Counted from the first letter of the stretch, positions 1-10,527 are shown. The stretch: DNA of 64,000 nt from an uncultured delta proteobacterium (GCA_963713045.1 CAVQKE010000004.1:576001-640000); one strand, 5' to 3'. Numbers and translations are program-made. Notes: a model not told the origin generated them from the sequence alone.

Positions 1-480
1 CAGCGGTAGGGGTGGGCTTGGTACACGAGGGCCTGAAGCTCCTCGTCAATCAGCCCCATCACCTCGTTGTCGACTCGAAGGCGACGCTCTTCCTTCACCA
101 CTTCACGCTCGCGCTCCAACGTCCGGTCGGAGATGGCCAGCGAACGCATGCGATCGGCCTCGAGAATCGAGCACCTGTTCCAGCGCCTCGGAGGCAAATT
201 CGTCGTAGTACACCGTCAGGTCATGGCTGGTGTAGGCGTTGGAGCGTCCCCCGTGGGACTCGAGCACCTCGTCGAACTGGTGAGGTCCGTACTTCTCCGC
301 GCCGTTAAACATCATGTGCTCAAAGAGGTGGCTGATGCCGGTCAGCCCCGGCCGCTCATTGCGCGAGCCGACGCGAAAGAAGGTGTAGAGGCTGACGACC
401 GGCGTCTCGCTGCTGGGGACGACACGGACGCGTAGGCCGTTGCGCAGAGTCGCTTCGTGGACCCGGAGAAGCGGAGGCAT
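1..480 (-). CDS. M16 (pitrilysin/insulinase) family zinc peptidase, 5' part; runs off the window; +1 frameshift near 165
   Basis: MPPLLRVHEATLRNGLRV...GSRNERPGLTGISHLFEHMMFNG has the inverted HxxEH motif. Removing one base at ~165 restores LDLEADRMRSL...EREREVVKEERRLRVDN...AHPYR. Confidence 0.9.
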
Positions 481-544
481 GGGGCGCCTTGCATAGCCCT
501 CAGCCAGGGTGTCCGCCACCCCCCTCGGTGGGGGGCCCCGTCGC

Positions 545-823
545 TCAGCGCGCCGCCCGACGGCGGACAGCAGAAAAGACGAAACCACACCACACACAGG
601 AGGGACCCCGCCGCCCGCGCGGCAGCTCCAGAAGGCAGCCCGGGCAGCGAGAAGCGCTGGGCGCGGGCGGCCGCAAGGCGCCTTTCTCCCCGCCAATGCG
701 TTCCCCTCGCTTGGAGACTCGCGCCACCCGCAGCTCGAGAGCGCGAATGCGGTCCTCCAACTCAGCAATTCGCCCGGCGAGCCGAACGGCAAGGTCGGCG
801 TCGAAGCGCGCTCGGCGTCCCAT
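545..823 (-). CDS. small coiled-coil + zinc-ribbon hypothetical protein
   Basis: MGRRARFD...RIAELEDRIRALELRV (heptad pattern) followed by CPGC...CVWC. Confidence 0.6.
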   Translation of the reverse strand: MGRRARFDADLAVRLAGRIAELEDRIRALELRVARVSKRGERIGGEKGALRPPAPSASRCPGCLLELPRGRRGPSCVWCGFVFSAVRRRAAR

Positions 824-920
824 GGGCAGACGCCCAACGTGCCACGCACTGAGCCGCAGCCGCAAGAAAATGGCCGGCCGACTGCTGGAGCTGGGACGTG
901 GTTGTGTCAGCATTCCCCCC

Positions 921-2612
921 ATGCGCTCCGCCAACCCAGCTCCACCGCCTGCCGCGCTCCCTCTCTCGGTTGTCCATGGCGGCGCCTCGGAAGGGCCTCA
1001 GTCAGCCGAAGCGCGGGCGGCGGAAGAGGACGCGCTTGGGCTGCTCGACGACGCGGAGCTGGGCCGCCTGTTGGCGGCGCCCCGCGAGCGGCGCGAGGCG
1101 GACCGCGCCCGGGGCGTTTTCGTCAACCGCAACCTCCGGCTGGCGAGCGTGGAAATGGTCGGCTTCGACATGGACTACACGTTGGCCATCTACCACCAGC
1201 GCCGCATCGAGCAGCTGTCCTTTGACCTGACACTGGGGCGGTTGGTGACCGCCCATGGCTACCCGCAGGAAATTGGCCTTCTGCCTTACGACCACACGTT
1301 CGTCATCCGCGGGCTGGTGGTGGACCGTTCCCACGGCAATCTGCTCAAGCTCGACCGCTTCGGGCAGGTCGGCCGCGCTTGGCATGGCCTCCGTCGACTG
1401 GGCCACGAGGCCTGGCAAAAGCTGTACCGAAACGAGCCGGTTCGCCTCCGGGGTAACCGCTACGCATGGATTGACACCCTCTTCTCCCTCCCCGAGGCCT
1501 GGGCCTACGCGGCCATCATTGAGTTGCTGGAATCGCGAGGGCACCGGCTGGATTATGGGCGCCTCTACGACGACGTGCGCGAGGCCATCGACTCGGTGCA
1601 CCGCGACAACTCCCTGAAGCGTGCCGTGCGACGCGACATTGCTCGCTACATCTACCGCGACCCGGAGCTCGGCCCGACCCTGCATCGGCTCCGGTCGGGA
1701 GGAAAGAAGCTCTTCCTGCTCACCAACTCCCACTGGGACTACACCCAAGCCGTCATGTCGCATTTGCTCGATGGGCTTGCGGCGGAGTACCCAACGTGGC
1801 GCAACTACTTTGACGTGGTCATCACCGGTGCCGACAAGCCCGGCTTCTTTTCAGACAATCGCCCCTTCCTGGAGCTTGACCCCACTTCCGAGGAGGGGAC
1901 GGTGTTGGGAGAGGCCACCTCCCTCGACCGCTGGAAGGTGTACCAGGGAGGAAACCTGGCGAGCCTTGAGCGGATGACTGGCTTCTCTGGGGAGAAGGTC
2001 CTGTACGTGGGAGACCACATTTATGGCGACATCCTCAAATCGAGGAAGGCGTCGCTATGGCGCACCTGCATGGTGGTGCAGGAGCTGGAGGACGAAATCC
2101 GCTACACCGAGGGACGACGGGAGGAAATTTCTCGTCTCTCGGAAGTGGAGCTCCTTCGGGCGCGACTCGACGACGCGGTCAACCAGCACAAGGCAGTGCT
2201 GACGACCCTCGAGCGTCGTCTCGAGCGCGACAACCCGGAGGATGCCGAACGCGCGGCGCTTGAGCAGGACAGGCGAACGGCCAAGGCGGAGCTCGAGCGT
2301 CTGCGGCGGGCGCTGAAGGAGGCCGACCGCATCGCCGGCACCCTGGAGCGGGACGTCGAGGCTGGCTACAACCCCTACTGGGGACTCCTCTTCAAGGAAG
2401 GGCACGAAAACAGTCGGTTCGGCGCCCAGGTCGAGCAGTACGCCTGCCTGTACACCTCTCGGGTCAGCAACCTCCTCAACGTCTCCCCCAGCCAGTACCT
2501 CCGCAGCCAGCGGGAACTCATGCCCCATGAACAGGCGGGGGCGCCCTCCGGCAAGCTGTCTCCCATTGGCAGTGAAGGGCCCCCCAAAGGCTCCACCCGC
2601 CAGCCCCTGTAA
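921..2612 (+). CDS. HAD-IG family 5'-nucleotidase (cN-II-like)
   Basis: VFVNRNL, GFDMDYTLAIY, LFLLTNS, KPGFF, LYVGDHIYGDI and YACLYTSRVSN motifs; start chosen at ATG 921. Confidence 0.93.
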   Translation: MRSANPAPPPAALPLSVVHGGASEGPQSAEARAAEEDALGLLDDAELGRLLAAPRERREADRARGVFVNRNLRLASVEMVGFDMDYTLAIYHQRRIEQLSFDLTLGRLVTAHGYPQEIGLLPYDHTFVIRGLVVDRSHGNLLKLDRFGQVGRAWHGLRRLGHEAWQKLYRNEPVRLRGNRYAWIDTLFSLPEAWAYAAIIELLESRGHRLDYGRLYDDVREAIDSVHRDNSLKRAVRRDIARYIYRDPELGPTLHRLRSGGKKLFLLTNSHWDYTQAVMSHLLDGLAAEYPTWRNYFDVVITGADKPGFFSDNRPFLELDPTSEEGTVLGEATSLDRWKVYQGGNLASLERMTGFSGEKVLYVGDHIYGDILKSRKASLWRTCMVVQELEDEIRYTEGRREEISRLSEVELLRARLDDAVNQHKAVLTTLERRLERDNPEDAERAALEQDRRTAKAELERLRRALKEADRIAGTLERDVEAGYNPYWGLLFKEGHENSRFGAQVEQYACLYTSRVSNLLNVSPSQYLRSQRELMPHEQAGAPSGKLSPIGSEGPPKGSTRQPL

Positions 2613-2630
2613 GAGGGCCCACCCTGCCCC

Positions 2631-3413
2631 TCATGGGCGGTCGGGCGTCGCTCGGGCCCAGACGACGGGCGCGCTCCGGGATGCCGCTTGGGGGGTGAGG
2701 CCCAAGGCCTTCAAATCTGGCCCGTAGCGTGGGCCTTTCACCAAGACCGCCCGCCGCGCGACGCGCCGGGCTGCCGCCAGAGTCGCAGCATCCAGCCGGC
2801 CCCCGCTGGCCAGCCGGCGCAACAGCGCGAAGCTGGGCTGGGCACGCCGCTCCTTGGAAAACATTGGGTCGAAGAGGACCACGTCGAAACTGCCGCGGGG
2901 CAGCGCAGCCAGGTACGTCCGGCAGTCGGCCTGGTGAACCTCAATGCGGGCACTCCGCGGCTCCTCGGCCTCGCGCGCTAGCCCCTCGGCGGCCAGCATG
3001 GCCAGCGGCAGGCTGACCTCGAGCCCCACCAGCTGGCCCCGCGGCCCCACCAGCCGTGCCGCCACCCGCGCGTCCTGGGCCAGTCCCAGCGTACAGTCCA
3101 GCACCCGCTCGCCCGCGGCCAAGCCGCCGACGCGCACCAGGGCTTCGCCCTGTCCCCCCGCGTCGAGCGCGCGCAGCCGCAGCGCCGCCAGGCCCGGGGA
3201 CCACCGCGCGCCTCCTTCGCCATCCCAGAGCGAGACGCTCGACCGCTCGACGACGAGAAGCGTCTCCGCCTGGGTCAACAGCGCCGCCAGGCCGCCCAGG
3301 GCCGCGCGGGCCAAGTACGGGACATGCCAGCGGTTGGCAACGCTTTCGGCTTGGGCCAGGTCAGCTGCGGTGGGGTTGGCGCGGCTGGTGACTGCGATGG
3401 GATGGCGGGCCAC
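2631..3413 (-). CDS. class I SAM-dependent methyltransferase (RsmJ-like)
   Basis: VLDCTLGLAQDA SAM motif and FDVVLFDPMF motif. Confidence 0.85.
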   Translation of the reverse strand: MARHPIAVTSRANPTAADLAQAESVANRWHVPYLARAALGGLAALLTQAETLLVVERSSVSLWDGEGGARWSPGLAALRLRALDAGGQGEALVRVGGLAAGERVLDCTLGLAQDARVAARLVGPRGQLVGLEVSLPLAMLAAEGLAREAEEPRSARIEVHQADCRTYLAALPRGSFDVVLFDPMFSKERRAQPSFALLRRLASGGRLDAATLAAARRVARRAVLVKGPRYGPDLKALGLTPQAASRSAPVVWARATPDRP

Positions 3414-3462
3414 CGGCTGTGGCCAGCCTCTCCTCTTTGCGCGAGGAAGTCGAGCGGACGGC

Positions 3463-5610
3463 TTAGCCGGCTTGAAGGTGCGCTGGGCGAAGCGCCTCGG
3501 CGGTCACCACCCGGTTTCGACCCTCCCGCTTGGCCCGGTACAGACAGGCGTCGGCCAGTTGCACCAGGGCGTCCATCTCGGCGCCATCCTGTGGGGACGC
3601 GGCCAGCCCGACGCTGAGCGTGACGCGCACCGGGCCGAGTTCGGTATGGAAGCTACGGGCGGCCACCGCCTCCCGCAAGCCGCTCAGCAATCACTTGAGC
3701 CCCCCGGAGGTCTGTCTCTGGCATCACCACCGCAAACTCTTCTCCCCCGTAGCGAGCCACCACGTCGGTGTCTCGTGCTTGCTCCCGAAGCATCTGCGCC
3801 ACGCCGCGGAGCACGGTGTCTCCAGCGGGGTGCCCATAGGTGTCGTTCACCGCTTTGAAGTGGTCAATGTCGGTGATGAGGACTGCACAGGCGCGCCCAT
3901 AACGACGGGCCTGCGCCAGCGCCTGGGTGGCTCGCGTTTGAAAGGTACGGCGGTTGGCCAACGAGGTCAGGCTGTCGGTGGTGGCCAGCCGCTCGGTTTG
4001 TTCAAAGAGTTGTGCGCGAAGCACCGCCTGCGCTGCCTGAATGGCCAGCACCTCCAGCATCCGAAGGACGTCCTCCCCGAGAGCGCCCCGCGCCTTGGTG
4101 CCGGCCACCAACGTCCCGAGGATGCGGTCTGCCGCTACCAAGGGGAGAATCCGAAGTGCGCCGAGGCCCCGGACCTCGGTCCCGTCGTCGAAGACTACCC
4201 TCTGTTCCATCTGAGGCAGTGCTCGGCCCGGCAAGGGCGTACCGTAGCGGACGACGTTGGCCACCAGCCCGTTGTTGTCCGAAAAGCTGCGCCCCTCCAA
4301 GGCGCGGGCGGTGGGGCTTCCAGCCACCTTGACCACCCGGTGCAGTCGGGCCCCGTCCTCCTGCTGGACCAGTGTCACCGCGACGAAATCCAAGTTGGCG
4401 AGGGTGCGGGCGTTCTCCACCACCGCGGCGAACACCGCCCCGGGGTCGACGGCCCGGTTGAGCTCTTCAATGGCGCGAAAAAAACGAGCCTTTTCGTCCC
4501 GGCCCCGTCGTACCTCGCCGAGGACCCGCTCCACCTCCAGCGCCCGGAGCACCTCCCGCGCCAGCGTCGCCAGCAGCTGCTCCTCAGCGTCGGTAAAGGC
4601 TTCCGGCTGCAGGCGGTCTGCCAGCAGCACGCCCCGCAGTTGCCCGGAGCGCTCCAGGAGCGGCACCGCCAAGACGCTCTTCACCCCGGTACTGCTTTGG
4701 TACCAGCCGACGCCCCGCAGGCCCCCTCGCCGGCCATCCGGACTGCCACCCGGCGGCGCACCACCCCTCCCAGAATGCCCTCTCCTGCGGGGAGCGGCGC
4801 CCGCTGGACGCCCTCGGAGGCGCTCCGACAATCATGCAACCGCAGCATTCGGTCATCGGCATCCAGCAGGAAGGCAGCACAGGTGTGACTGCGGAGCGCA
4901 AGTTCAGCGACGTCCAAGACGGCGCCGACCGCGCCCTCCACTTGTTGGACAGAGGCCAAAAGCCACTTCGCTTGGGCCCCCGGGCCGCCGGTGCGCTCGG
5001 CACTGCCTGAGTCCACCAGGCGAAAGGTTCGGGCATCCTCCTCCACCTCGCGCAGTCGGTTGCGCACTGCGTCGATTTCGGCGCGTCGCGCAAGTGCAAG
5101 GCGCGCGTTGAGGACGACCCGGTAGGTGGCTGCGAAGAGGACAAGAAACAGGGCATGGGCAGCGAGTTCGGCCGGCCGGGGTGGTGCTTGGTGCATGACC
5201 CGCAGTCCATCCATCCCCACCGCCAGCAGCACGAGGAGGGACGCGGCGCGGAAGCGAAGGAAGCCGACCAGGCCCGCCATCAACAAGTACACCAGAGGGA
5301 AAAGGCCCTCCCCCGCCAAGGCCGCCACCAGGACGCTCGCCGCGACCAGCGGAGCCCCAAGCGCGAGGTCGTCCCTGACGGTCGGCTCCGGACCGCCTCC
5401 CCCCAGCGTCCGTCGTGCCGCGCCAGCGGCCACGCCAGCAAGCACCAGAACCAGGGTCCCCAACGCTGCCCAGGACGGTTCGCCGCCGGCCGGAAGCAGC
5501 CCTCCGGCGAACAGCCCGACGGCCGCCAGCACAGCCGCCCCCGGCAGTGCGGCCGAAACCCAGCGCAGCGCGGTGCGCAGCTGGAGGGGGATGGCGCGGG
5601 CGCCGTTCAT
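3463..5610 (-). CDS. dmxA: membrane-bound GAF-GAF-GGDEF diguanylate cyclase (DmxA-like), split by two single-base frameshifts (~4724, ~3679)
   Basis: N-terminal TM helices, two GAF-like segments, DIDHFKAVNDTYGHPAGD, RDTD I-site, GGEEF, TLSVGLA and ADACLYRAKREGRNRV are spread over ORFs 4681-5610, 3653-4831 and 3463-3690. ATGA overlap with ftsB. Symbol inferred from architecture and synteny. Confidence 0.85.
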
Positions 5611-5876
5611 TCCACTTGAAAGACCAGCTCCCCAGGCCGGACGTAGCCGAGTTCCTCGCGGACTGCCCTCTCCGCCGCTCGAACATCGACGCGCTGGGCG
5701 TTGATTTCCCGGGTCAGCCCCGCATTGTCCTCGCTGAGCTGCCGGTTGGCGCGGCGCAGGGCCTCCACTTGAGCGCGCAGGCGGGCTGCCCGGCGAAATC
5801 CCCTGGCATCCAAGGCGGACACAGCGGCCAGCACCACCGCGCCCAACACCGCGAATTTGAGGCCACGTCGTCCCAT
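5607..5876 (-). CDS. ftsB: septum formation initiator FtsB/DivIC family
   Basis: single TM, coiled coil, C-terminal ERAVREELGYVRPGELVF. Confidence 0.88.
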   Translation of the reverse strand: MGRRGLKFAVLGAVVLAAVSALDARGFRRAARLRAQVEALRRANRQLSEDNAGLTREINAQRVDVRAAERAVREELGYVRPGELVFQVE

Positions 5877-6003
5877 GGGAGAGGCGAAACGGGCCAGAAA
5901 CAAGCCCCGTCCCGCGCGACAGGACGGTAGCAGTGGTTCCCCAAGCGGCAAGAAAAGCAGCGGCGGGCCCCACACCGGCGCACGTTGTGCCCGCCCGTCC
6001 GAC

Positions 6004-6558
6004 TCAGGGCTTCATGGCCAATGCATTCTCGATGAATGGCTCCAAGCTGCCCTCGGCTGGAACGCCCTGGAAGGCAGTCAGGACCGTGCCGTCCCGGCCG
6101 AAGATGACAGTGGTGGGAAGGGTGGTGATGCGGCCGAACGCGGTCTTTCCCTCCCGGAGGGCGGTGTCGCTCACCAGCACCGGGTAATTGAGGCCGAGCT
6201 GCTCTTGAAAGGGCGCCAACACTTGGGCGCCCTCCCGGTCCATCCCAACCGCAACGACGCTCAAGCCCGCCTTCCCATAGCGCTGCGCCAGCTCCTGCAG
6301 GCGCGGCGCGGTGGCAATGCAGGGGAAGCACCAGCTGGCCAGAAACTGCACCACCAGCACCCTTCCCTGCCACGCTGAAACGTCCAGGTAGCGCCCGTTC
6401 GCGTCCGGCAAACCCACCAGCACGCCGAGGTAAGGACTGGAACTCGGACGTGGCGCCGTGCTGGCACAGCCAGCCCAGCACAGCAGGACCAGGACGAGGG
6501 TCAGGCGCGCGGCCCGCCCTCCGCGGAGGTGGGGGCGGCGGACTGACAGTCGCCGCAC
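6004..6558 (-). CDS. TlpA-family thiol-disulfide oxidoreductase, probable lipoprotein (start uncertain)
   Basis: VLVVQFLASWCFPC, LPTTVIFGRDG; hydrophobic leader ending WAGC. Confidence 0.85.
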   Translation of the reverse strand: MRRLSVRRPHLRGGRAARLTLVLVLLCWAGCASTAPRPSSSPYLGVLVGLPDANGRYLDVSAWQGRVLVVQFLASWCFPCIATAPRLQELAQRYGKAGLSVVAVGMDREGAQVLAPFQEQLGLNYPVLVSDTALREGKTAFGRITTLPTTVIFGRDGTVLTAFQGVPAEGSLEPFIENALAMKP

Positions 6559-6971
6559 AGCCCGTACAACTCCATCTTGTGCGAGGTGACTCGGAAACCA
6601 TTCTGCCGAGCCACCCGGTCCTGAAGCATCTCGATGCGGTCGTTCTCGAATTCGATGATGGTCCCGCATCGGGTGCAGATGAGATGGTCGTGGTGGTGAC
6701 GACCGGCCGCCGCCTCGTAGCGCGTCTGACCGTCGCCAAAGTTTCGCGCATGGACCAGCCCGCAGTCGTGGAGGAGCTTCATCGTCCGGTAGACGGTGGC
6801 GACCGACACCTTGGAGTCCTGCGAACGTACCTTGTTCCACAACTCCTCCACCGACAGATGACCGCCGATGTCGAAGAAGCTGTCGATGATGAGGTTGCGC
6901 TGACGAGTGCTCTTCAGGCCGTGCTCGGCCATGTACCTCGTCAGCACCTCAGACTTGCTCCATTCAGTCAC
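6501..6971 (-). CDS. fur: Fur-family transcriptional regulator
   Basis: GLKSTRQR, HLSVEEL, SVATVYRTMKLL, HHHDHLICTRCG, LYGLCGDC; GTGA overlap with the upstream gene. Confidence 0.93.
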   Translation of the reverse strand: MTEWSKSEVLTRYMAEHGLKSTRQRNLIIDSFFDIGGHLSVEELWNKVRSQDSKVSVATVYRTMKLLHDCGLVHARNFGDGQTRYEAAAGRHHHDHLICTRCGTIIEFENDRIEMLQDRVARQNGFRVTSHKMELYGLCGDCQSAAPTSAEGGPRA

Positions 6972-7507
6972 GGGAAGCGCTCTCTCCACCGTTGGATGGC
7001 TCCGGCCGTCTTCGGCCCACCGAGGTCCACGCCGGCAATTTGTACCAACGAACGGTGTGCCTCGAGGCGTACCTCTGGGTCCTCGTCCTCCAGGGCTGTC
7101 ACGAGTGCCGGAGCATAGCGTGCAGGGTCTGGACGGTAACGCGCCACTTCGGCCGCCAGGGCCCGGACCCGGGCACTGCTGCTGTCCTGGAGGTCTGCCT
7201 GCAGTCCCTGACCCGGCGGCGGCACGTAGCCTGCTCGGGCCGCTGGCAAGAGGAGCAGAAACACCACCACGGCGAGACCAACCTGGTAAAAAGCCTTGAA
7301 GCTTGGGTACTTGCGGCTGCGGACGAGGACGAAGCGGTAAGCCGCAAACAGGGCAACGAAGGCGCCAAACACGAAGGGCGTCACCCGCTCCACGTCGCCC
7401 GGCAGCCTTCCGGGAAACTCTCGGCCGAAAAAGGCCAGGCCGGCTGCGCCAACCAAAAGCACATACAGCACCAGCCCTGGGCCCGGCCCCAGGGGGATCC
7501 CGGCCAC
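6968..7507 (-). CDS. membrane protein with C-terminal HEAT repeat
   Basis: three hydrophobic segments, then ARVRALAAEV...LVTALEDEDPEVRLEAHRSL. Confidence 0.75.
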   Translation of the reverse strand: MAGIPLGPGPGLVLYVLLVGAAGLAFFGREFPGRLPGDVERVTPFVFGAFVALFAAYRFVLVRSRKYPSFKAFYQVGLAVVVFLLLLPAARAGYVPPPGQGLQADLQDSSSARVRALAAEVARYRPDPARYAPALVTALEDEDPEVRLEAHRSLVQIAGVDLGGPKTAGAIQRWRERFP

Positions 7508-7617
7508 CCGGGGAGCTTCCCCTTGCGTCGCGGCCGCGCCGCTTGCATTTCTAGAATGTTGCAATCCGGCCTACCCTCAAGCGCACAGATGGTACACGGA
7601 CCCTCTGCCCTTTTCTT

Positions 7618-8739
7618 ATGGACAACCTCTGGACACGCAAGCGAACCGCTGACGAAGTCCCGACCGCCATTGCGGTGGCGGTGTCGGACTTCTGCCGTCG
7701 GGCCGGCGCGCCAGCACCACCGGGCGAAGTCCGAGAGGCGCTCTCGACGCTGTCCGCCGAGGAGGATTTTCGCGTCGGGACACTCACCGATGCCCCGCCA
7801 GCGGCGCGGCCACTCGGCCCCTATGCCGTCGTCGATGTGCTCAGCGGCACAACCCCGGCGCTTGCCGCACAGCGCGAGGCCTGTGGGTACTACCAGTTGC
7901 TGAAGGGCTTCCTCACCGCCAACCGACAAGCGGTTGCACCGCCGATGCCGACCGGGCCGGGCGCCGGGCTCCGCGCTTCTTCCCAGCCCCCGGCGTCGGC
8001 GCCGCTCGGCACTCAGCGCTTCACTGCCATGGCGGCGCCGACGGTTGCGCAGCGCATCGCCCCCAAGCGACGCATGGCGGCGCCCAAAGAATTGACGCCG
8101 AGCGCTCCTCGGGGCCGGTTTGCTCAGCTGCCGTCGGAGCAACCCTCGCTCGAGACGCTCAGCAGCACCCAGCTGGGCGAACTCCTCACGCAACACGGAC
8201 ACCGTCCGGCGCTGCTCCGCGCCCTCGCGCGGGGACAGGCCTCGCACGTCGACAGCCACCGGTTGGACCGGGCCCTGGAGCAGGCGGGGCTACTGGAACG
8301 CGCCTTCCAGACGGAGCGCGAGCTCGTCCTGTCCACCCTGGAGGAGCAGCGCGGCGCCCTCGGCCGCACCGCCTGGGCTTTGGGCGTGCGCTCGACCGAG
8401 CTGTTGCCGTGGGCCGAGCGCCTGGGCCTAAAGGCTGCTGTCGAACGCATCCGCGACCGCTTTCGACAGGAAGCGCTGCAGCCCGTTCACTGGACGGCGC
8501 GGCTCGATTTGCTCGGCAGGCGCAAATACCTGGAAGACCTTGGCGTTTCAGCGGACTTTGAGCGCTCGGTCACCGAAGACCTTCGACGCGCTCTGCAAGC
8601 CTTGCCGGACGCCGCAGACGAGCGGACTGCGGTGTTGGCCACCCAACTCGGCGTCAGCCCGGAGGCCCTGCGACGCAGCCTTGTCCGTCTCGGCCTGTCA
8701 ACCGATGCCGCCTCATCCCCTTCCCCTCAGTCCGTTTGA
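7618..8739 (+). CDS. hypothetical protein with C-terminal HTH-like segments
   Basis: 373-aa ORF; EEQRGALGRTAWALGVRSTELLPWAERLGL resembles a Fis-type HTH; 6 bp gap to the next gene. Confidence 0.7.
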   Translation: MDNLWTRKRTADEVPTAIAVAVSDFCRRAGAPAPPGEVREALSTLSAEEDFRVGTLTDAPPAARPLGPYAVVDVLSGTTPALAAQREACGYYQLLKGFLTANRQAVAPPMPTGPGAGLRASSQPPASAPLGTQRFTAMAAPTVAQRIAPKRRMAAPKELTPSAPRGRFAQLPSEQPSLETLSSTQLGELLTQHGHRPALLRALARGQASHVDSHRLDRALEQAGLLERAFQTERELVLSTLEEQRGALGRTAWALGVRSTELLPWAERLGLKAAVERIRDRFRQEALQPVHWTARLDLLGRRKYLEDLGVSADFERSVTEDLRRALQALPDAADERTAVLATQLGVSPEALRRSLVRLGLSTDAASSPSPQSV

Positions 8740-8745
8740 ACTGCA

Positions 8746-9120
8746 ATGCCCATCTACGAATACACCTGTAGCAACTGCAACAAGCTGAGTGACGTCTTGC
8801 AGAAGCTGGACGAAGGGACGCCTGAGCGCTGTCCCGCCTGCGGAGCCGAAGGAACGCTGTCGCGGGTCGTCAGTCGAACCTCCTTTGTCCTGAAGGGTGG
8901 CGGCTGGGGCGCCGACCTCTACGCCTCGAAGAAGAGCGATGCTTCTTCGGCGCCCGCCGCAGACGGGGCCAAGCCGGCCGACAAGAATAATGCCCCAGCG
9001 GGAACGCCAGCGGCGGCGAGCCCACCCACACCGGCGGCCGGAGGCTCCTCCAGCACTGCCGCAACGCCCTCCAGCGGGAGCTCGTCGTCCGGGAAGAGTG
9101 ACTCCGGCTCCGGCAGCTAG
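8746..9120 (+). CDS. FmdB-family zinc-ribbon protein
   Basis: MPIYEYTCSNC...CPACG...SFVLKGGGW, then a Ser/Ala/Pro-rich tail. Confidence 0.92.
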   Translation: MPIYEYTCSNCNKLSDVLQKLDEGTPERCPACGAEGTLSRVVSRTSFVLKGGGWGADLYASKKSDASSAPAADGAKPADKNNAPAGTPAAASPPTPAAGGSSSTAATPSSGSSSSGKSDSGSGS

Positions 9121-9131
9121 CTGTCTTCACC

Positions 9132-9830
9132 GTGCGCCCTTTTCTGGCGAGCCTGGCGGTGATGGCGGCAATCGGTTGCGCCCCCCGCGCCGCGCTGACG
9201 CCGACGGAACGGGGAGCCGTCCTCCAGGATGCGCGCGCCGAGGGTCCCCGCTGGCTTCAGGTGTCTGCCCGGCCCTACCGGCTGGCGGAGGGCATCTGGC
9301 CTCCGGCCCTCGCGCCACTTCCGCCGCCGGAATGGCAAGTCGGCGACCACCCGCCCCCTGCAGGCCAGCTGCTCGCGGGCATCATCCCGGCGGGCACCGC
9401 GGCCTTCATCGTCCATGTCGACTTTCCGGTGGGGAAGTTTGGCGAGAAAAGCGCCCACCGCGACACCTACGTCACTGTGCAGCTCGGCAACGGACGGCAG
9501 GCAGTGTTGGTGGTGGACGGCGCCCTCGGCTCCGAAGCGGCCTTCTGGGACGAAGTCGAGCAGTGGCTGACGCCCCTCCCACCGGCGTCGGCGGAGGAGG
9601 GGTGGAATGAGGGGGTTCGCGCGGCAGTCAGTGAAAAGCGCACGCTGACAGAGATGCCGCCGGAGGCAGTGGTGGCGGCCTGGGGCTATCCCTCGACTCG
9701 GGTGGTTCGCTTCAGCCCCAACGGTCGACGGGAGAGTTGGGGATGGCCGGCCGGACTGAGAACTGCCGAATTCCAAGACGGACGGCTGGTCGAGTCGAAG
9801 GCGCCCGACGCTAGCGGGACCGTCCCTTGA
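9132..9830 (+). CDS. hypothetical lipoprotein
   Basis: signal peptide with lipobox-like AIGC; C-terminal MPPEAVVAAWGYPS...EFQDGRLV resembles a BamE/SmpA-like segment. Confidence 0.7.
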   Translation: MRPFLASLAVMAAIGCAPRAALTPTERGAVLQDARAEGPRWLQVSARPYRLAEGIWPPALAPLPPPEWQVGDHPPPAGQLLAGIIPAGTAAFIVHVDFPVGKFGEKSAHRDTYVTVQLGNGRQAVLVVDGALGSEAAFWDEVEQWLTPLPPASAEEGWNEGVRAAVSEKRTLTEMPPEAVVAAWGYPSTRVVRFSPNGRRESWGWPAGLRTAEFQDGRLVESKAPDASGTVP

Positions 9831-10527
9831 AGCGGCGCCGCACCTTGCGTTCCGGCTCGCGAGCCTCCCCCGGACGGCTCAGCCGCGGCAGCTCGCCCAC
9901 CATCACCGGCCAATAGTCACGCCCCTGCAATTCCCGGAGAAGGTCCGCCTGCGAGGCCACAGCGCGCTTGAAGAAAGTGGCCCCGCGGCCAACCTCGTCC
10001 AGCGTCAGCCGGGCGTCGCTGCCCCCGATGCAGGGTAGTTTGAGCTTTTCCGCCGCCTCCACCGCGAGGTCGTTCGCCGTCTGGCGGATTCGCGCGTTGT
10101 AGCCCTCCACTGCCACCAGTCCAGGCGCTGACAACACAAAGTCGAGCGCAGGGTTGGGGAGGTCGCGGTCGTACGGGCGGGCCGCGACCACCACCGCCCC
10201 GAGGCTCTGGAGGCGTGGGAGAACTTCTGCGGCACTCCAGGGGCGCTCCCGGTTGCTTCCCCAAAGCTGCACCGGCTCGGGCGCGTGCTCTGGGCGCGGG
10301 AAGAAACACAAGTACTGGCCGCGGTCGGTTACCAGCTCCAGGCCGACAAAGACGTGCATCCCATTGAGCCCGTCGAGCGCAAGCAGCTCGTCGCAACCGT
10401 CCTGGCTGTTGGTCTCGGTGAAGGCGACGCCGTCTAGCCCGTGGCTGGCCGCCCTCTCGAGGACGGTGCGAGGATTGAGCGGGCACCCCATCGACAGGTG
10501 CGAGTGGACGTGGAGGTCAATGAGCAT
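9811..10527 (-). CDS. PHP-domain phosphoesterase family protein
   Basis: MLIDLHVHSHLS, GLDGVAFTE, VEGYNAR, IGGSDA. Confidence 0.88.
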   Translation of the reverse strand: MLIDLHVHSHLSMGCPLNPRTVLERAASHGLDGVAFTETNSQDGCDELLALDGLNGMHVFVGLELVTDRGQYLCFFPRPEHAPEPVQLWGSNRERPWSAAEVLPRLQSLGAVVVAARPYDRDLPNPALDFVLSAPGLVAVEGYNARIRQTANDLAVEAAEKLKLPCIGGSDARLTLDEVGRGATFFKRAVASQADLLRELQGRDYWPVMVGELPRLSRPGEAREPERKVRRRFKGRSR

